From the human T2T-CHM13v2.0 reference genome, Homo sapiens, in the NCBI RefSeq assembly GCF_009914755.1, contig NC_060938.1: a stretch of 64,000 nucleotides of DNA; one strand, given 5' to 3'. The notes under the pieces are model-generated. The model saw nothing but the letters and a program-made list of their open reading frames with translations. It ran no database searches and was not told the origin of the DNA. Made by a program: the position numbers and the translations under genes. Numbering within the stretch: position 1 is the first letter of the stretch; every line of letters begins with the position of its first letter. Positions 35,285 to 51,108 of the stretch are shown piece by piece.

Positions 35285-36544
35285 TTAGGAATTTCAGAAG
35301 CATCAAGGAAGACATCACATTCACCAGCAAGTTACATTTGGAAATGCTTGGAGGGGCTCCTAACTCACTGGGAACAGGTTAATGGAGCGTGACTGGAAGG
35401 AGCAGTAACTGAAAAGACAGTTCCTGACTTCCCCAGATCTAAGGCCTTAGAATGATGATACTCCTCTCCAGACATCCTTTGATGCTCTCTTCATCCAGTT
35501 TTCCTTTTTCTCTTGCTGATTTCAACTTGAAAACTCAAAAGCAGAGTGTTAACCATACTCAGGTAAAAATCTCTAGGATCTCATACTTCCAATTTAAAAT
35601 AAAGTCATCTTTGCAGGCTTCCTTTTTGTAAAAAATATGAATTGCCAGATCTCTATTTTCATTATCAAAATACAAATATTTTTCCAGATTCTATCATAAG
35701 AAGAACATTGTGCTGGGTACAAAGAATAAGAATGTACAAGACACAAATGTATGTAGAGGCATACAGTCTAATGGGGACATACAAAGCAACCCTTCTCTCC
35801 CTCTCTCCTTTTTCTCAGTCTCTCTTACTTCCCTTTGCTTATGTAATCATTTCTTCCCCATCTGAAAAGGAATACTTTGTTGTGAACTGTCTGGCCTCCT
35901 GGAGTAGCTCATGAGACTCGCTAACCACCATTATATACGTAAATGACTCTCTACCAGTGCCCATCCCGGAGCCCACTTGCACAAGTTGCCCACGTGAGAG
36001 GCAGCTCAGTCCCAAGTTGCCTGCTGTCTGGAGCATCAGCCATTGTGCGTCGGTTTGGGGTTCACTTAAGATCACCATTGGTATTCTCTGTCCACAGCAT
36101 CTGATTACATATAGCAGGCTTCTCCTGATCAGAAGTGACACAGGACTTTCTCTAGACAGTTCAGCTGCTCTTGCTGGGGAAACTTCTTCCCTCCCAAAGT
36201 GCATTTTATTTACATAATGAGACGTATATCTTGAGTCAGGCCATTTGACCCTTACCCTGCGAATTTCAGCAAAACCCAGATAGCCAGTTTTGCATGGTGT
36301 AAAAACAGAGAAAAATTTAAACTGCATTTGTATAGATTGTTGAGGGATTTTTTTTTCTCTCCACAGGGCTGGACAATCAAGGGAATATGGAAGGAAGATT
36401 GTTGTCTGATAATATATTTTCTCTTTTCAAAGCCACATTCCAACATTTGACATATTTTTCTATTTTTTCTCCTTGGCTAGATCTAGTTTGTTAAGTTTCT
36501 TGGCTCATATCCCTCCTTGACTTTCATTTACTCCACGTTCTTTT

Positions 36545-36840
36545 CTCTGTGTTAATGGTTAACAGAGCATGTACTGTAAATTAGCATTTATAAAAATCAA
36601 TTACACTGCTTCATAAGACAGAGCAGAAACTTAGATTGTCTTCACCAGATCATTTGTATTTATCTGTTAATTATAAACCTTAATTGTCTCTTTTTATCAT
36701 ATTAATTTGCACAAATTGTACAACTTCAGAGTTTAGCAGTTTTTAAGCCCTTGAAATACAATTATTCTCTTAACATTCTTTTCAGAAACATAGTATTCAT
36801 TAATGATTAGGTTGGTAAAAATTAGCAGTTCTGATAATTG
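36545..36840. promoter_or_regulatory. Candidate enhancer: HNF1/GATA/CDX motif cluster
   Basis: Two one-mismatch HNF1 13-mers, three WGATAA and one TTTATAAA within 300 bp of apparently unique DNA. Confidence 0.35.
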
Positions 36841-37583
36841 GCCTTGGCTTCTCCTTGGATTTTTTTTTTTTTCTTTCCCCACTAAAGTCCTGGTTCTCAC
36901 AATTACACATGTCTGTTGGCCTCTTCCGGTGCCTGAGCTCTGTTTTAATTGGACTTCATCGCCCCTGAGACTTCACAGGATTTTGGCTCACAGTAAAATG
37001 CAGATCTATGCCAGTGAACTGATTCCAAGCAGGTTTGACTCTTTTCCCCTCTCCCCAGCAGAACTTGGACTTTTGTTCCATGGGGTTAGTCTACTTGCCC
37101 TGAACCTTGGTATAAAAAGACTTCTATGTGAAGTGAGGAAAAAGACTTTCCAATTTCCAGTCCCACTTGTGAGAGAGTTTTAGGCTCTTATACTCGGTGC
37201 AAGCATGAGGAAGGGGGGCTCTCTAGACACTCCCCAACCCACTCTCAGCTATGGCTTTGTTTCCACTCAGTGTGCCAGCCACTTAGAAGGACTCATATGT
37301 CACACAGCATGTTTGCAAAGACCAAAACAAGCTTTCTTCTTTCAAAAGGATGTACAAATCTGGGTTGTTAAGCAAGTAATCCAGACTGAAGGACACTGCA
37401 TCCTGACCACCCTGGAACCAGGTGGCTTCCTGCCCGGGGCTCTGTGGACACCTTCCAGAGGACTTGCATCCAGCTCTGATGACACTGACAGACAATCTGC
37501 ATGCTCTGTCGCCAGAGGCTGAAGAGCTCAGGAGCAATGAGGTTGAAGACACCCCTTGTACCCCGGTGCCCCACATAAGAGAG

Positions 37584-37686
37584 CAAACTACCAAGAGGGG
37601 AATTTCTAAGGTCAATGTCAACCATCTTCATACCACCTTTCCAGCCCCAATTTCCACACCATCCCTATCCTGCAATCCCCGTTTGG
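37584..37686 (+). repeat. Displaced direct copy of 39679-39792
   Basis: 35-bp exact core with colinear similar flanks. Confidence 0.9.
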
Positions 37687-38709
37687 GAGCAAATGTCTGA
37701 TACAGCTAGCATTCTTTGAATTCTCTGACTGGGTATCTGGAAATGCTTAGCTTGCTGTGGTTGTGTCCCTTCAGAAGAAATAGTTCAGCAGTTAGGCCAA
37801 ATTTTCTCATGTATTACCTCAGATGGGACCCTAGTCAGGTGCAAGTCGAGTCCTGAAGTCTGTGAGCTAGAGTGTTCCAGGGATTTTTTTCATTTCATTG
37901 GTGGGGCTGCTGTGGGAAGGCGGGCTGGCCAGAAGGGACACAAGAGAACAGGTCTCTCATGTACTGGAATATGGGATCATTTGCTCTATCACTACAGCAA
38001 CTCTATGATACTCTTCAGATCAAGTTACTTCTATGAAAAGGTGTATTTTTCCATATACAAAGCACTTGCCAGCCAGATCTGTGAACGTTCTCCCGATGGC
38101 CTGGTTTCCCCCAGTGCTGGCTTGTACCAGCTCATGCCACAGAAATATGGTCACGTTACCGCCCAACGATCTCTCCCCATCCCATAGTTTCCAACCACTG
38201 GGGCATTTCAGCCTCTTATGCCAGTGTCTGGCCACATGGATGGAATCTTCTGACAAAATAGGAAGCTATTCCTGGGGATTGACAAATGTTGGCTGAACAT
38301 AGCCATTTATTCAGCTCCATGGCTCTAAACCATCACTTCTGTGAACTGGAAGACAGGACTGCTACCATTTCCTGGACTGGGTTGACAAGCAAAGGCCAAA
38401 GGGGTGAGAATGCACCTCCATGGACAGCAGCTTGGGGTATGGATGGGAGATTGACGTGGAGCTCCGCATAGCAAAGAGCCCTTTGTGTGGCAATCTCTCT
38501 GCAGGAAAAGCACTGGGTATTCTCGGCTGTCTCAGGCTAACTGTGATAGTCTTTGCCTGCTATTTTTGCTTCTCAAGACCCAGTGTGAATCAACAAATGT
38601 GCCAGCCATGCAGATCTACCCCTGCAGCTACCCTTAGATAGGGACCTTGATGCAGTGTGCAACCTGTGCAACTACATGCACTAGCTCTATTAAAGAGATA
38701 ACCAGAAAT

Positions 38710-38935
38710 AATGATAATAGTGGCTAATGAGTTCTTTACTTGGTATGGGTACTGGGCCAAGAGCATCATGTATATTATCTCATCTAATCCTCACATCAAC
38801 CCAAAGTACTATTCTTACCCTATTTAGATTTTGTGGGACTAAGCAATCTGCCCAGACTAGAAGCTACTATGTGACAGGGCCAAGATTCCAGTGCAGGATG
38901 GTCTTATTCCAGAATCTGAGCTCTTGACCACTATG
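38710..38935 (-). mobile_element. MIR fragment
   Basis: TATTATCTCATCTAATCCTCACA...TGCCCAGA...TCTTGACCACTATGC. Confidence 0.65.
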
Positions 38936-38999
38936 CCGTATAGAGGTAGAAACATAGAAACCTGTGTAACTTTGGATGTCTATTGAAATAAATGGTACT

Positions 39000-39452
39000 C
39001 TCTTAGGGCAGGTTGCCTTGATGCAGGGGCTTGAGAAAGGGGTTTGGTTGCCTGTGATCTGTTGAGGGCAGGTTCTTCAGGAGAATCCTGTAGGCTAGCG
39101 GGAGAAGCAGGACAGTTTGGAAAGGGAAGATGCTGAGTAGGAATGTAGCCTCAGGTAACATCCAGCATGACCTGGTCCAGTGTGGGTCTGGAGCATCAAT
39201 CATCCAGCAGCCTTGCCCCACCTTGCAGCAAAGGGGCCAGACTCTTAGACTCCCCCGCATAAGTCATTCAGTCATGGGCCATAGGGGTTGAGCAGTGGAA
39301 GTTCCTACATATCTCCCAGTGAGGTGACTCCCAAGAAGGTAACAGACATTAAGCCAAGCCGTTGGCTCTAGCACTTGCAGCAGCTGGAGACCAGGTGCAG
39401 CAGCAGGTAAAGGGGATCTAGGTGTGGTGTCAATAGCATCGATTACAAGCAC
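39000..39452. mobile_element. Old ERVL/MaLR-type LTR fragment
   Basis: Ends AAGGGGATCTAGGTGTGG...TACA; general resemblance only. Confidence 0.4.
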
Positions 39453-39619
39453 CCAGTACTTTTTGGCAAACTGCCAGCAAATGAGGCCTCTGTGATTATT
39501 TTAGGGCACAATTCCACTTGATTTAAAAGTAGAATTTCATCCATCACAGTCCAACTACCATCAAATTTAGGGCAGATATAATGTGCTTGTCACTCTCTAA
39601 GAAGACAGAACACCAACAC

Positions 39620-39900
39620 GCTGATCAGAAACCATCATTCTGCTATTCAAAAATCTGCCAGGCTCCCACTGCCTCCTCCAAACTACCAAGAGAGAAATTA
39701 CCAAGGTCAGTGTCAACAGTCTTCAAACCACCTTTCCAGCCCCAATTTCCACACCATCCCTTCAGACACCCTATTCTGCAATCCCCATTTGGAGAATTCT
39801 ATCCATTCAATCATGAACTTCCTCACTCCCATGCTTATATTCATGCTATTGCCTGAATTTGGAATGCCCTCTTTCATCTCTTCTCTGACTACCGAAATCT
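39620..39900 (+). mobile_element. L2 fragment
   Basis: TTCAAAAATCT...GGCTCCCACTGCC...CTTTCCAGCC...CATGCTATT...TGGAATGCCCT. Confidence 0.55.
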
Positions 39901-42589
39901 TAGTGAAGGCTCTTTTGTTGTAAGAAATAGAAACTCACTCTAGCTTAAGTAAAGTGAGACTTATATAAGGAATCGGCATCTCTCAGGAAGAATGGGAAGG
40001 CCTTCACAAAGGAAATGCAAACAGGAACTGAGAGTCAGTGCTCCCTGACCTGTGGCACTTTAGTTATAGCACAAAATTTTGAATGTGGCTTCTCAGTTAA
40101 GACTTACCTCTTTATTGCACCCCTCACACAGGAAGGAGGCCTCAACAGCCATGTGCAGGCTCTATCACCCTGTTCTTACTTCAGGGCCACAGTTATTAGA
40201 TCAGGAAGAGATACCTGATATATCTGGGGCAATTAGAATTTAGAAGTAAGACTAAAAGTTAGATCCTGGTTCAGTCTGGCCTACTGTATCAAGAGAAATA
40301 TAAACCTGGAAAATAATGGGGTGACCCATCTTGTACCTACAAGGTGAACCAACTAGTAGAGAAAACCAATCTGCAAGCAGGAGAGAATAAAGCCAGAATG
40401 TGGTGAGAACTGGCCAGGTCCTGACAGCTTTTCAGTTTCTTGTTGCAATCTCTTCCGGATTCAGGCAGTTCCAGTCTCTGCCCTTAGGTTCTGTGATATT
40501 CTTATACCCTGGATCCTCATAATAAAGGCTTCTTTTCAGGTTAACAAGCTCAAAGTGAATTTGGGAACTTACAAGCAAAGATTTCTCAACAATACCTGCA
40601 TCTCTCTGTGTCTGTTTCAGTCTTCTCTTCCCTTGTTTTCACTTCCTATCTCTTCCTTCACAGCCATTCTCCTCTCTCTCCCCATCTCTCTCCTGTCTTC
40701 CCCCACCCCACCCCAACCTCTGACTCCCTCATCCCAGCATTGCTTCACTTATCTGCTCCCAAAACCCAAACATGGCTACAGCAGCCTCCTTAATATCTTA
40801 CCATCAACAAAGCCACCATTCAGCAGCCTAGCATCCTTAGTTCTCAATTCTAAATTCCTAGGAAAATTTAATGACCCAGCCATTGTGTCATTTCCCCTAA
40901 GACCTCTGGATCTGACCAATTAGATCCAGAATCCCATATAAACACAGGTGCAGAGTCCACAGCCACTATGGGGAGGCATGAACTAAACATCCTAAATACC
41001 AGTATGCCCCAGTGAGGACTTCTATATCTCCCAGTCAGATTTTATTACTACTCCCTGTATATTTCCATCATATCTTGCTTGTATTTCTAATGACCTTGTC
41101 ATTTTCCATTGTATTAAATCTTATATATTTATTTGATGTTCCTACATCAAAACCTTCTTGGGGATATGGTGGGCATACTGTAAGCACTAAAACATTAACT
41201 TGAATTGAATCTAATTTGTGTACATGAATGGGATGTGTCACATCTGCAGTCTGATTTTTGATAGGTGGTTCAAAAGACGATATATACTTTGGGATGGGGA
41301 GCCTTTCCGAAATAATTTTTCTTCTATATTTCCAATTATTCTGTCCTCTCTGATCCACAGAACTTTACATATATTTATTAAACACTCATCATGCTGAGTA
41401 AGTACCGAATGCCTCAACTGAACTATGAGGTCTCTGAGGCCATATTTTGTTTGTTTGTTTGTTAATCTTTCAATCCTTAACCTAGTACAAGCCTGACACA
41501 CAGAAAATGTGTACTGAATATTGTTTGTTGAATTGGGTTGAATCCCAACCCATGTGACATTTGGGCTGAGGACATCTCACTTTCTGGCCATCATTTACCT
41601 GGCCTTCTGAGTCCTTTTTGAGGGTGAGTACGGTAAAGCTTTTCTTAGAAGCCAGTTTTGGCTAGACTACAACCTTCCTTCTCTGGAAGGACGCTCTTTG
41701 TTTTATTACAATAGAAGAGCATGATAAATAATGTTTCCCATAAGAAACATGCTTCCTCTTTTTGACAATTTTGACAGCCTATTGTTTAAGCCTGAAAAAG
41801 TAGTCCAGAAATAATTTACAGAGGAAACCTGGCTCAGGTGTCTTCCCCAGATGCTACTGGTATCTTGAGACCATCCAGAGAGGTAATTTACACACACATA
41901 TGCATGCACGACAGAATTTAAGTGGGTTTTGTGTTTCCGAGGGTGTCCAAACACTAACATTTGCCATCTGGTCTGCTCAGATGGCTGCTTCTGGTGTCTG
42001 CCCCAATGTCTGGGTTTACTTGCTTTATTCTTCAAACATTTACAAAACTTAAGCACTGCACTAGGCACAAAGGATGCAAAGATGGAATGTGGCACTCTCC
42101 ACTTTCAAAAAGTAAGTCACAGACCATGAAAAAATAATTGCATGAGGATGCAATAAAGTAAAACTACCACACGCTAAAGTGAATCTTACAACACAATTCA
42201 TTCAATGAGAGTGCAGGAGAAGGATCCATTAAGTCTGCCTGGGCAAGGCAAGGAAGAGTTCAAATTGGAGACAACTCGAGATCATCCACAGAGTAAAATG
42301 ATCAGAAGACAAAGGAAAGAATCCAAGGGAACACTAATATTAAAGGATAAATGAAGAGGAGTCTATGGGGGAGACTGGGGAGAAGCAATCAAAAAGGTAG
42401 GAGGAGAAATGAGAGAGAGTAAGGCCAAGCAATGTAAAGGAAAGAGAAAAAACACATTAAGTTCAACAGTATTGAAAAGCCACCTAAAACAAGCACACAC
42501 AGGGACCATGTGATTCAGCATTCTAGAAGTCATGCTGATCTCTAAATACCTGGTCTGTTAAGTATCTGCATAGAAACTTGCTAAAAGCA

Positions 42590-42710
42590 TCTAAAATCTT
42601 GCTTCAAAGCATGGTCCAGAAGCATCTGCATCATTTGGGCACTTGTTAGAAATTCAGAATCCCAGACCCATCCAGGAGATTCATGTGCAGGTTAAAATGT
42701 GTGAAGCAAC
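42590..42710. mobile_element. MER5-like DNA transposon fragment
   Basis: GCATCATTTGGGCACTTGTTAGAAATTCAGAATCCCAGACC. Confidence 0.6.
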
Positions 42711-43734
42711 CACATCCTTCCTTAGAAAAGTGGCAGTTTGGGATGAATGATCAGATTGATGACCTGCAAAGAACTGGTTTCATAAGGACTCAAATTAAAA
42801 AATCAACGCGACAGTTTTACGTAACAAAAAGTAATATGTACAGAGCATTCTTATCCCTAACCTTGATTTAAACATCGTGAATCATGTGTAAGATATTATT
42901 ACTACCATTTTACTAACCATGTAAAAGGAGCTTGAAGAGGTTAAGTGCCTTGTCAATGACTACAGGGATAATAAATGGCAGAGCCTGGCCTTGAACCTAG
43001 ATCTTCAGATTTACTTGTAAGGAGGAGGGTTCTGTTCACTGGAAGGAGCAAGAATGTTTCTTTCAGGGTCTGAATGAAATATCAGCTAAGACAATTCAAT
43101 TTTCTTTGCTCTCATTCTGGGCTTGTCAAGTAGGCTGCTGATGACTGATCTATCTGACTTCCTTTGAGTTTTAATTTTGAGATGGAATGCCCTGGAACAA
43201 AGAGAAATGACAATGAAAAAGACAAAATTTTACAAATTAATAAACTGACATTTTTGTTCATAGTTTTTTTTTTCCCTGAGTTGGCAGATGGACAGATTTT
43301 TCCAAGCTGAGTTCCTGAATTGTCAAAACTCAGAGTCTGCCATAACTCATGCGGGCTTCACAGTGAGCCACGATACTGTGAAGGGTTGGGAATCACAATG
43401 TCTAAAGAAGTTGGGTCTGATTTGGGCCAACAGTATTACCCAAGAGACTTAATCTGGCAGGTAAGGTGTGACAGCAGATGCTTCTGGGTTGATACAATCA
43501 TTTCTTCTGATCAGTCATGTGGACAAATCATGGTTTAATGGAGGCCTGTTTAGTTTGAAAGAGTACTTGGCCAATGGTAGCAACCCCTTCTTCTTGGGAA
43601 AGGAGTTGACAAGAGTTAGGCAGGGCTCTAATGAAGTACTCCTGGGTTTAGGGGAGGGGAACAGCCCTTAATGAGAAGTGCAATAAATTTTTAAAAATCA
43701 AGAAAAACACCCAGCAACATATCATGAAATTTAA

Positions 43735-43975
43735 GGGCATGGATTTTGGGAATATGTAGACCTGGTTTCAGGTCCCAGCACTTGTACTCACTGTGTGGCC
43801 TTGGGCAAATCATTTCATTTCTCTAAGCTTCAACTGTAAGACGGGATTAATAGGAATAACTACTTCACAAAGTTGTTGCAAAGATTAAGTGACAAAAAAT
43901 TACATAAAACAGTTAACATAATGGTTTAACTCACAGGAAACATTCTAAATTAGAAGGTATTATTATCATCATCAT
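43735..43975 (+). mobile_element. MIR fragment
   Basis: AGACCTGGTTTCAGGTCCCAGC...TGTGTGGCCTTGGGCAAATCA. Confidence 0.75.
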
Positions 43976-46856
43976 TATCTAGTCTGGGGATTCCCAATGG
44001 AGTTAAGGTAAAGGCTTTGGTGGGTGGACCGATGGGTGCCAGGGATATGCCCAGGCAGACCAGAAATGAGCAGACAAGCAGAAGACTTCACCTGCTACTG
44101 AAAATGAGGCTTTGGAAATATTACCAGGCCTGGTCTGGGCTGAACCAGCACATAGAAGGCTTTAAGTACTGCACCTGCTAAAGCCCCAAAGGCTGGACAC
44201 AAACAGGTTTCTAGACAGGAAATTTACTCCTGAGGCCCAGCTTTGGCTGCTAGCCAGTCAGCTCTTTTCTCTTTGTAACAATGATAAAAGCTTTGATAAA
44301 GAAATGCCTTAAAACTGTTGACTACAATTATTTATGTCATTCCAGTCAGCCTTGTCTTTCTCAATCTTTGTCCCACCTCACCTCTCCCCTAATCTGAAAA
44401 AATACTGGAGAGTTTATTGGAAATGTCTTATAATTTATTCTGCGATGGGATGATTTCCCTAGAATATAAACAAAGGGAAAGGCCTTTAGGTGACTTAAAT
44501 CAAGCTGGTAGGGGACAGGATATAAATATTCCCTCTAGCCCTTGGGCAAATTAGAGAAGTAGATGATCTCCCAGGATTTCCTCTGATGAGATTAATACCC
44601 AAGATTTCCTGGTGGGCTTTGTTATAATTTTGGAGGTAAAAAAAAATAAATAAACTATTTTCAGGGCTCCCAAGAGAGACCCATTGCAACCCAAGACTGC
44701 TAGTTAACTACCTGCTGGGACCAGGCAAATAAAACCTCCATATTACATTACTTGATCTGGCTGGCCGAAGCTGAATTCTACAGACCTGTCACCTGTCCTC
44801 CAGGCCCCAGGTCTGCACTCTCATTCTGCCGACCACAGAAGTGCAAATAGCTCTTAGTCAACAGGGAAATGATGAACTCTTCTTCTTGTTTTTATCTTCA
44901 CTCTGTAGTATACAGACTATCCTGTTGCAGCAGAATTATTCTGCCCTTCCCCTTTTTCTAGGGGCAAAGTTTAGCCTTAGGCACCAGCTTTTCAGTCCCT
45001 TCCTTTTTACTTTAGGGACTTTTTGGTGAAATGCGAGAACTCAGAGGTCAAAACTATTAACATTGTCAAGGATGCCTTTTCCAGCCTGAGAGCTGGGGCC
45101 ATAGCTTCTTAACAGGGTTCAGCAAACGGTGGCAAGAGAGTCTGCTGCTACCTGACCTCTGTTCCTCCAGCTCAGAATGTAAATAGGTTTTATTTAATTA
45201 AGCAAAAATGATACAAAAATGTTTGCTAAAGTTGAAAACAAAAAAGATTAAATGTGACTGGCAGAGTGGTGGGTGGAGGGGGCAACCAGGAAGATCATAG
45301 TCTTCTTTAAGCTACAACCCTCAGGCTAAGGAAAGACCATAATCCACCCACCCACCTACCCCCAAAACTCACTCTTCCTTTTTCTAAAAATAACTGCTGG
45401 AAATGTGAGCCTTACTCTAATCACGCCAACTGAGAATGCTGCCTTCTTCACTTTTTATGTGTTTGTCAGTAAAACACACACACACACGCACAAATACACA
45501 CACACTTCAACTGAGACCACTTCATACTGCTTTCTTATATAGGTGTCAATTCTCCTTTGGCCTTGAGCTATCTTTTCCCTTTAGGAAGATATCTTCTTTC
45601 CTCCCAGACCATCAGGAAATTCTGGGGGCCTGGGTAGTCAGTCTCTTTGAAGCTTGATTCGTCTAAAATAAAAAGAAGGCAAAACACTTCTCTGAATCCC
45701 AGCTCTCCAGGGCTGGTGATTTGTAGCCATTAACAGGGTTAAGCCTCTTCCTGATGGAGCCCTTTGTTTGTCCTCTCAAATGTCACATGGGTCTTGAGGG
45801 AAGGAAACCCTGTGTCAGCTTCCACTTAGAGCAAGACTAGGAACTGACCCACCCAGCTGGGAGGCCAGGGTGTAGATTTCATTTACACTTGGCCTGGTTT
45901 TCCTCCACTCCCGCTAGTTTTCCTTATTTTCTTTCCCCTCTATGATTCCAGAGGGAGATAACTCAAGGTTCCAAGAGACAGCACCTTAAAGAAAAAAAAG
46001 AAAGAGCAAACTCAGATGACCACAGACCCTTGGCATCCCTCCGGTTGCTGCAGCTTGAGGTAATCACAGTTAGTACCAGCACATGAGGGTTATTTGCAAA
46101 GTATCAATCTGTCAACAGGCACAAACAACTAACTGCCTGTTAAATGGCAAAGGGATGCATGCAGAGACCCTGTTAAGTTTCAAGTTCTAAAAGCAAATCC
46201 TTATATATGCAAGGAAATAATCTTTCAAATTAAAACAATAAAAATAAATAATCTGGCAATATCTACCACCAAGATCTTGAAAACAATATCATCAAGGTTT
46301 CTAGCTTGAAACTGCATCCAAAAAAATTTTTATTGAGTGCCTACTATGTGCAGACTGTGATGGGCAGTGACAGTTCCTCTATTAGTTCCAAAACCAGAGC
46401 TTGTTCAGTTCAGGGGCTTGAAATAGAGCATTTGACCCAATAGAAATATATATTCAAGGCAGCTATTTAGAATTTTACAGAATTTCAGAGCTTATAGGGG
46501 ACTTCAGAAAAGTTCAAAGTCCAGGGAGATGAAGTGACTTGTTCAAGGTCAGTTACATCACTCCAAAGCCAAGACTAGAACACAGGTCTCCCCTAAGGTC
46601 CAATCTAGGGCTCTATTTCTCTTGTACTTCATGTCTTTAGCTTGCCAACCTCAGAGCCACAAGGAGGGAGACAGACACTTTAGCAGCAGGGATGGGAGGT
46701 ACAGACGGCATTAGAAATATCATAACTGAGGCTTGCTAGTAGGGAAAACAGCCTGTAGCTGCTACTGCTCAAGTCACCAGAAATAGTTGGAGAAAAACAA
46801 ATATCAAAAGAGCCTGTCTGACACTGAAATATGGAACAATGTGAAGAACAGAATAA

Positions 46857-47657
46857 CTGTAGCTAGTCTCCCCCAGTGAAATACACTGCTCAGTTAGCCA
46901 CTTCTTTGTGTAGCCCCCTCACACTAGTCAAGTGCAATGGAAATAACCACATGACTTCCACGGCGTAGGAAGCCTTGTATCTTTTACCTTCAAACGCTCA
47001 CTGTTGGATACATCTTCGCAGGACCAGGACATTATGCTTTGAGAAGACCATGTTGTCACATGGAGAAGCCCTGTGTTGGCACTTCAGTAGGACAACCCCA
47101 GCTGAGCTCTCATCCAACAACCAGCACCAACTGCCAGCCCTGCGAGTGAGCCTGTTGGATGACCAGCCCCTTCCAGCCTTCAGAGTACAGTAGCCAGCCC
47201 CAACATCTGACTGCCACTGGAGGAGAAACTCTGAGGAGAAACCCCAGCTACACCCGACTAACCCAAAGAACCACGAGAGATAATAACTGTGTTTTTATTT
47301 TTATTTTCATTTTTATTTTGAGACAGTCTCACTCTGTCACCCAGGCTGGAGCACAGTGGCACAATCTCAGTTCACTGCAAACTCCACCTCCTGGGCTCAA
47401 GTGATTCTTCTGTCTCAGCCTCCCAAGTAGCTGGGAATATGCCACCATCCCTGGATAATTTTTGTATTTTTAGCAGAGATGGGGTTTCACCATGTTAGCC
47501 AGGCTGGTCTTGAACTCCTGACCTCAAGTGATCTACTCACCTTGACTTCCCAAAGTGCTGGGATTTCAGGCAAGAGCCACCACACCCAGCCCAATAATTG
47601 TGTTTTAAACCACTAAAATTCAGGTGATTTGTTACACAGCAATAGATAACTGAAGCA
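46857..47657 (+). mobile_element. MLT1 (MaLR) solo LTR interrupted by an Alu
   Basis: Typical MLT1 3' end TTTTAAACCACTAAA...GATTTGTTACACAGCAATAGATAACTG. Confidence 0.75.
47296..47592 (-). mobile_element. Alu (AluSz/J-like)
   Basis: Both arms; CTCAAGTGATC; TSD AATAA(C/T)TGTGTTTT at 47282-47295 and 47593-47606. Confidence 0.92.
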
Positions 47658-48739
47658 GTTCCTTCACACAAAATGGGGCAGACGGGACAATCTCAAAGGC
47701 CACCAGTAAGACACCATTTTCAGCTAAGAACTTCCGTGAAATTTTTTTTTTAAAAATAGGACAACCTGAAAAAGAGAGGCATACGCTTTTGTGGAACAAA
47801 TGCCAGCAAACTCTGAGGCTCATATGAGCAAATGACCAGACACATCAGATATCAAGGACACCAAGGGGAAATAGAAACTGTTCAAAGCTGAATTTAATGG
47901 ATGCCCAAGGGTATTCATCATGCACGTCACCCCAGCAGCAAATACTCCAGAAGTAAATCAAATGGAGGACGAAGCAGAAGAGCGAAGAAATGCAAAGAGT
48001 AATCAAGGGGAAGAAAGAGGCATATGCTCTGCTTGGTACAAAACCATCTGGAACACACCAGAGGAGGGTGAGGCAGTGTGGGATGAACCGAGTATCAGGC
48101 TTTGGAGACTGAAGAGATTGCCCAGTCGTTCAAAGGAATAACAAGCAAAGCGAAGAGAGATAATGAGAAATACATCAAATGTACATGGAGAGAGATGTCA
48201 GGGCAGGAGACCAGAGCTCTGAGAGTGACAAGGAAGGGCTTTTATGCACAACAGCAGCAACACAAGCTAATGGAGCGATTATCACATGATAATCAGGCTT
48301 CGGTGCTAAATGTTAATAGTTGGACCTTAGAGTAATTCAGCTAGTCAGGAGATCTTAGAAATCGTCAAGATGTCTCACTGGGTCCCAAAGTTCACAAAGG
48401 GCACAGCTGGAGACCTGGTTTAAAAGAAGCTTTGAATTTTATTCTTTTCTTCAATGATCACAAAGATTAGGAAGCAACTGCCTGAGTCAGACTCACTTGT
48501 TCCAGGAGGAGATAATCTGATGGAAATCAAACCTGGCTGAGAATAGGGGTTCTAATGACCTCGGGGAGTGAGGGCCTCACTGTAGAGCGGCAACACTACC
48601 TTGGAGATGACTTCAGTTCTGTGTGTCCCAGCACTATGATAATGGCACTGGGCCCATTGCATTCTGATACTAACACTTCATTTAAGTCTCTGGCAAGGCC
48701 CCCTCACACAGTGAGGTAAATCAGATGGAGATTATTAGT

Positions 48740-48912
48740 CATATATTAAAATAAAATATCCTTAACAGGGCTTCTACTATATACCAGAAAATGGGCTAGA
48801 AGTCTTACATAAATTCCAAGAATCACATGACATTGTTATTACCACCTTGGTTTTATATGTAAAGAAACTCGGGTTTAGAGAATTTAACTTACTGGCGCAG
48901 ATGACAGAGCCA

Positions 48913-48951
<39 letters not shown>

Positions 48952-49090
48952 GCAAATATTGCACTGAGTCAGGCCTTATTCCAAATGCTTTAATATATAT
49001 TAATTCATTCCATTTCCACAATAACACTGTGAAATGGCCTTATTACTAACCCATTTTAGATACTGAGCAAATGTTAGAACTCGGATTTGG
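48740..49090 (-). mobile_element. MIR fragments flanking a (TAA)12 microsatellite (48914-48949)
   Basis: AAGAAACTCGGGTTTAGAGAATTTAA; CCCATTTTAGATACTGAG; repeat read directly. Confidence 0.65.
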
Positions 49091-49553
49091 TCCCCACCCT
49101 GAACTATACTGTCAGTCAAGCTAGAAGTCCTGGGGCATCCATGTCTGGCTAACTCTAAAAGCTTTTATTCTTTTCTTTGTACCCCACTTCCCCGCTGACC
49201 TCTTTGACAAGTTTCCAATATAAAGATATCTAAATTTAAATCTCCATAACTTGAAGAATTCTTTTAAAAATCATCCTGAACACCATCCAGGGCCCTGCAA
49301 TTAGCTGCATAGATTATGGTGCAGGGAAATATAGCCTGCTGCCCATTTAAATCCTGAACTGCCACCCAATGTCGTTGTTACTGGCCCATGTTAAAAGGGG
49401 AAAGTGATGCTGACAAGGCCAATTGTTAGACGTTGAAGTTGGCTCTTGGGAGTCGTACCTGTGAAAGCCAGAAGCAAGAACAGCTCATTGAATTATGGTT
49501 CATAGAAGTTGGGAACAGCTCACTGACAAAGTCCGTATCTTGATACAAGATAA

Positions 49554-51108
<1,555 letters not shown>

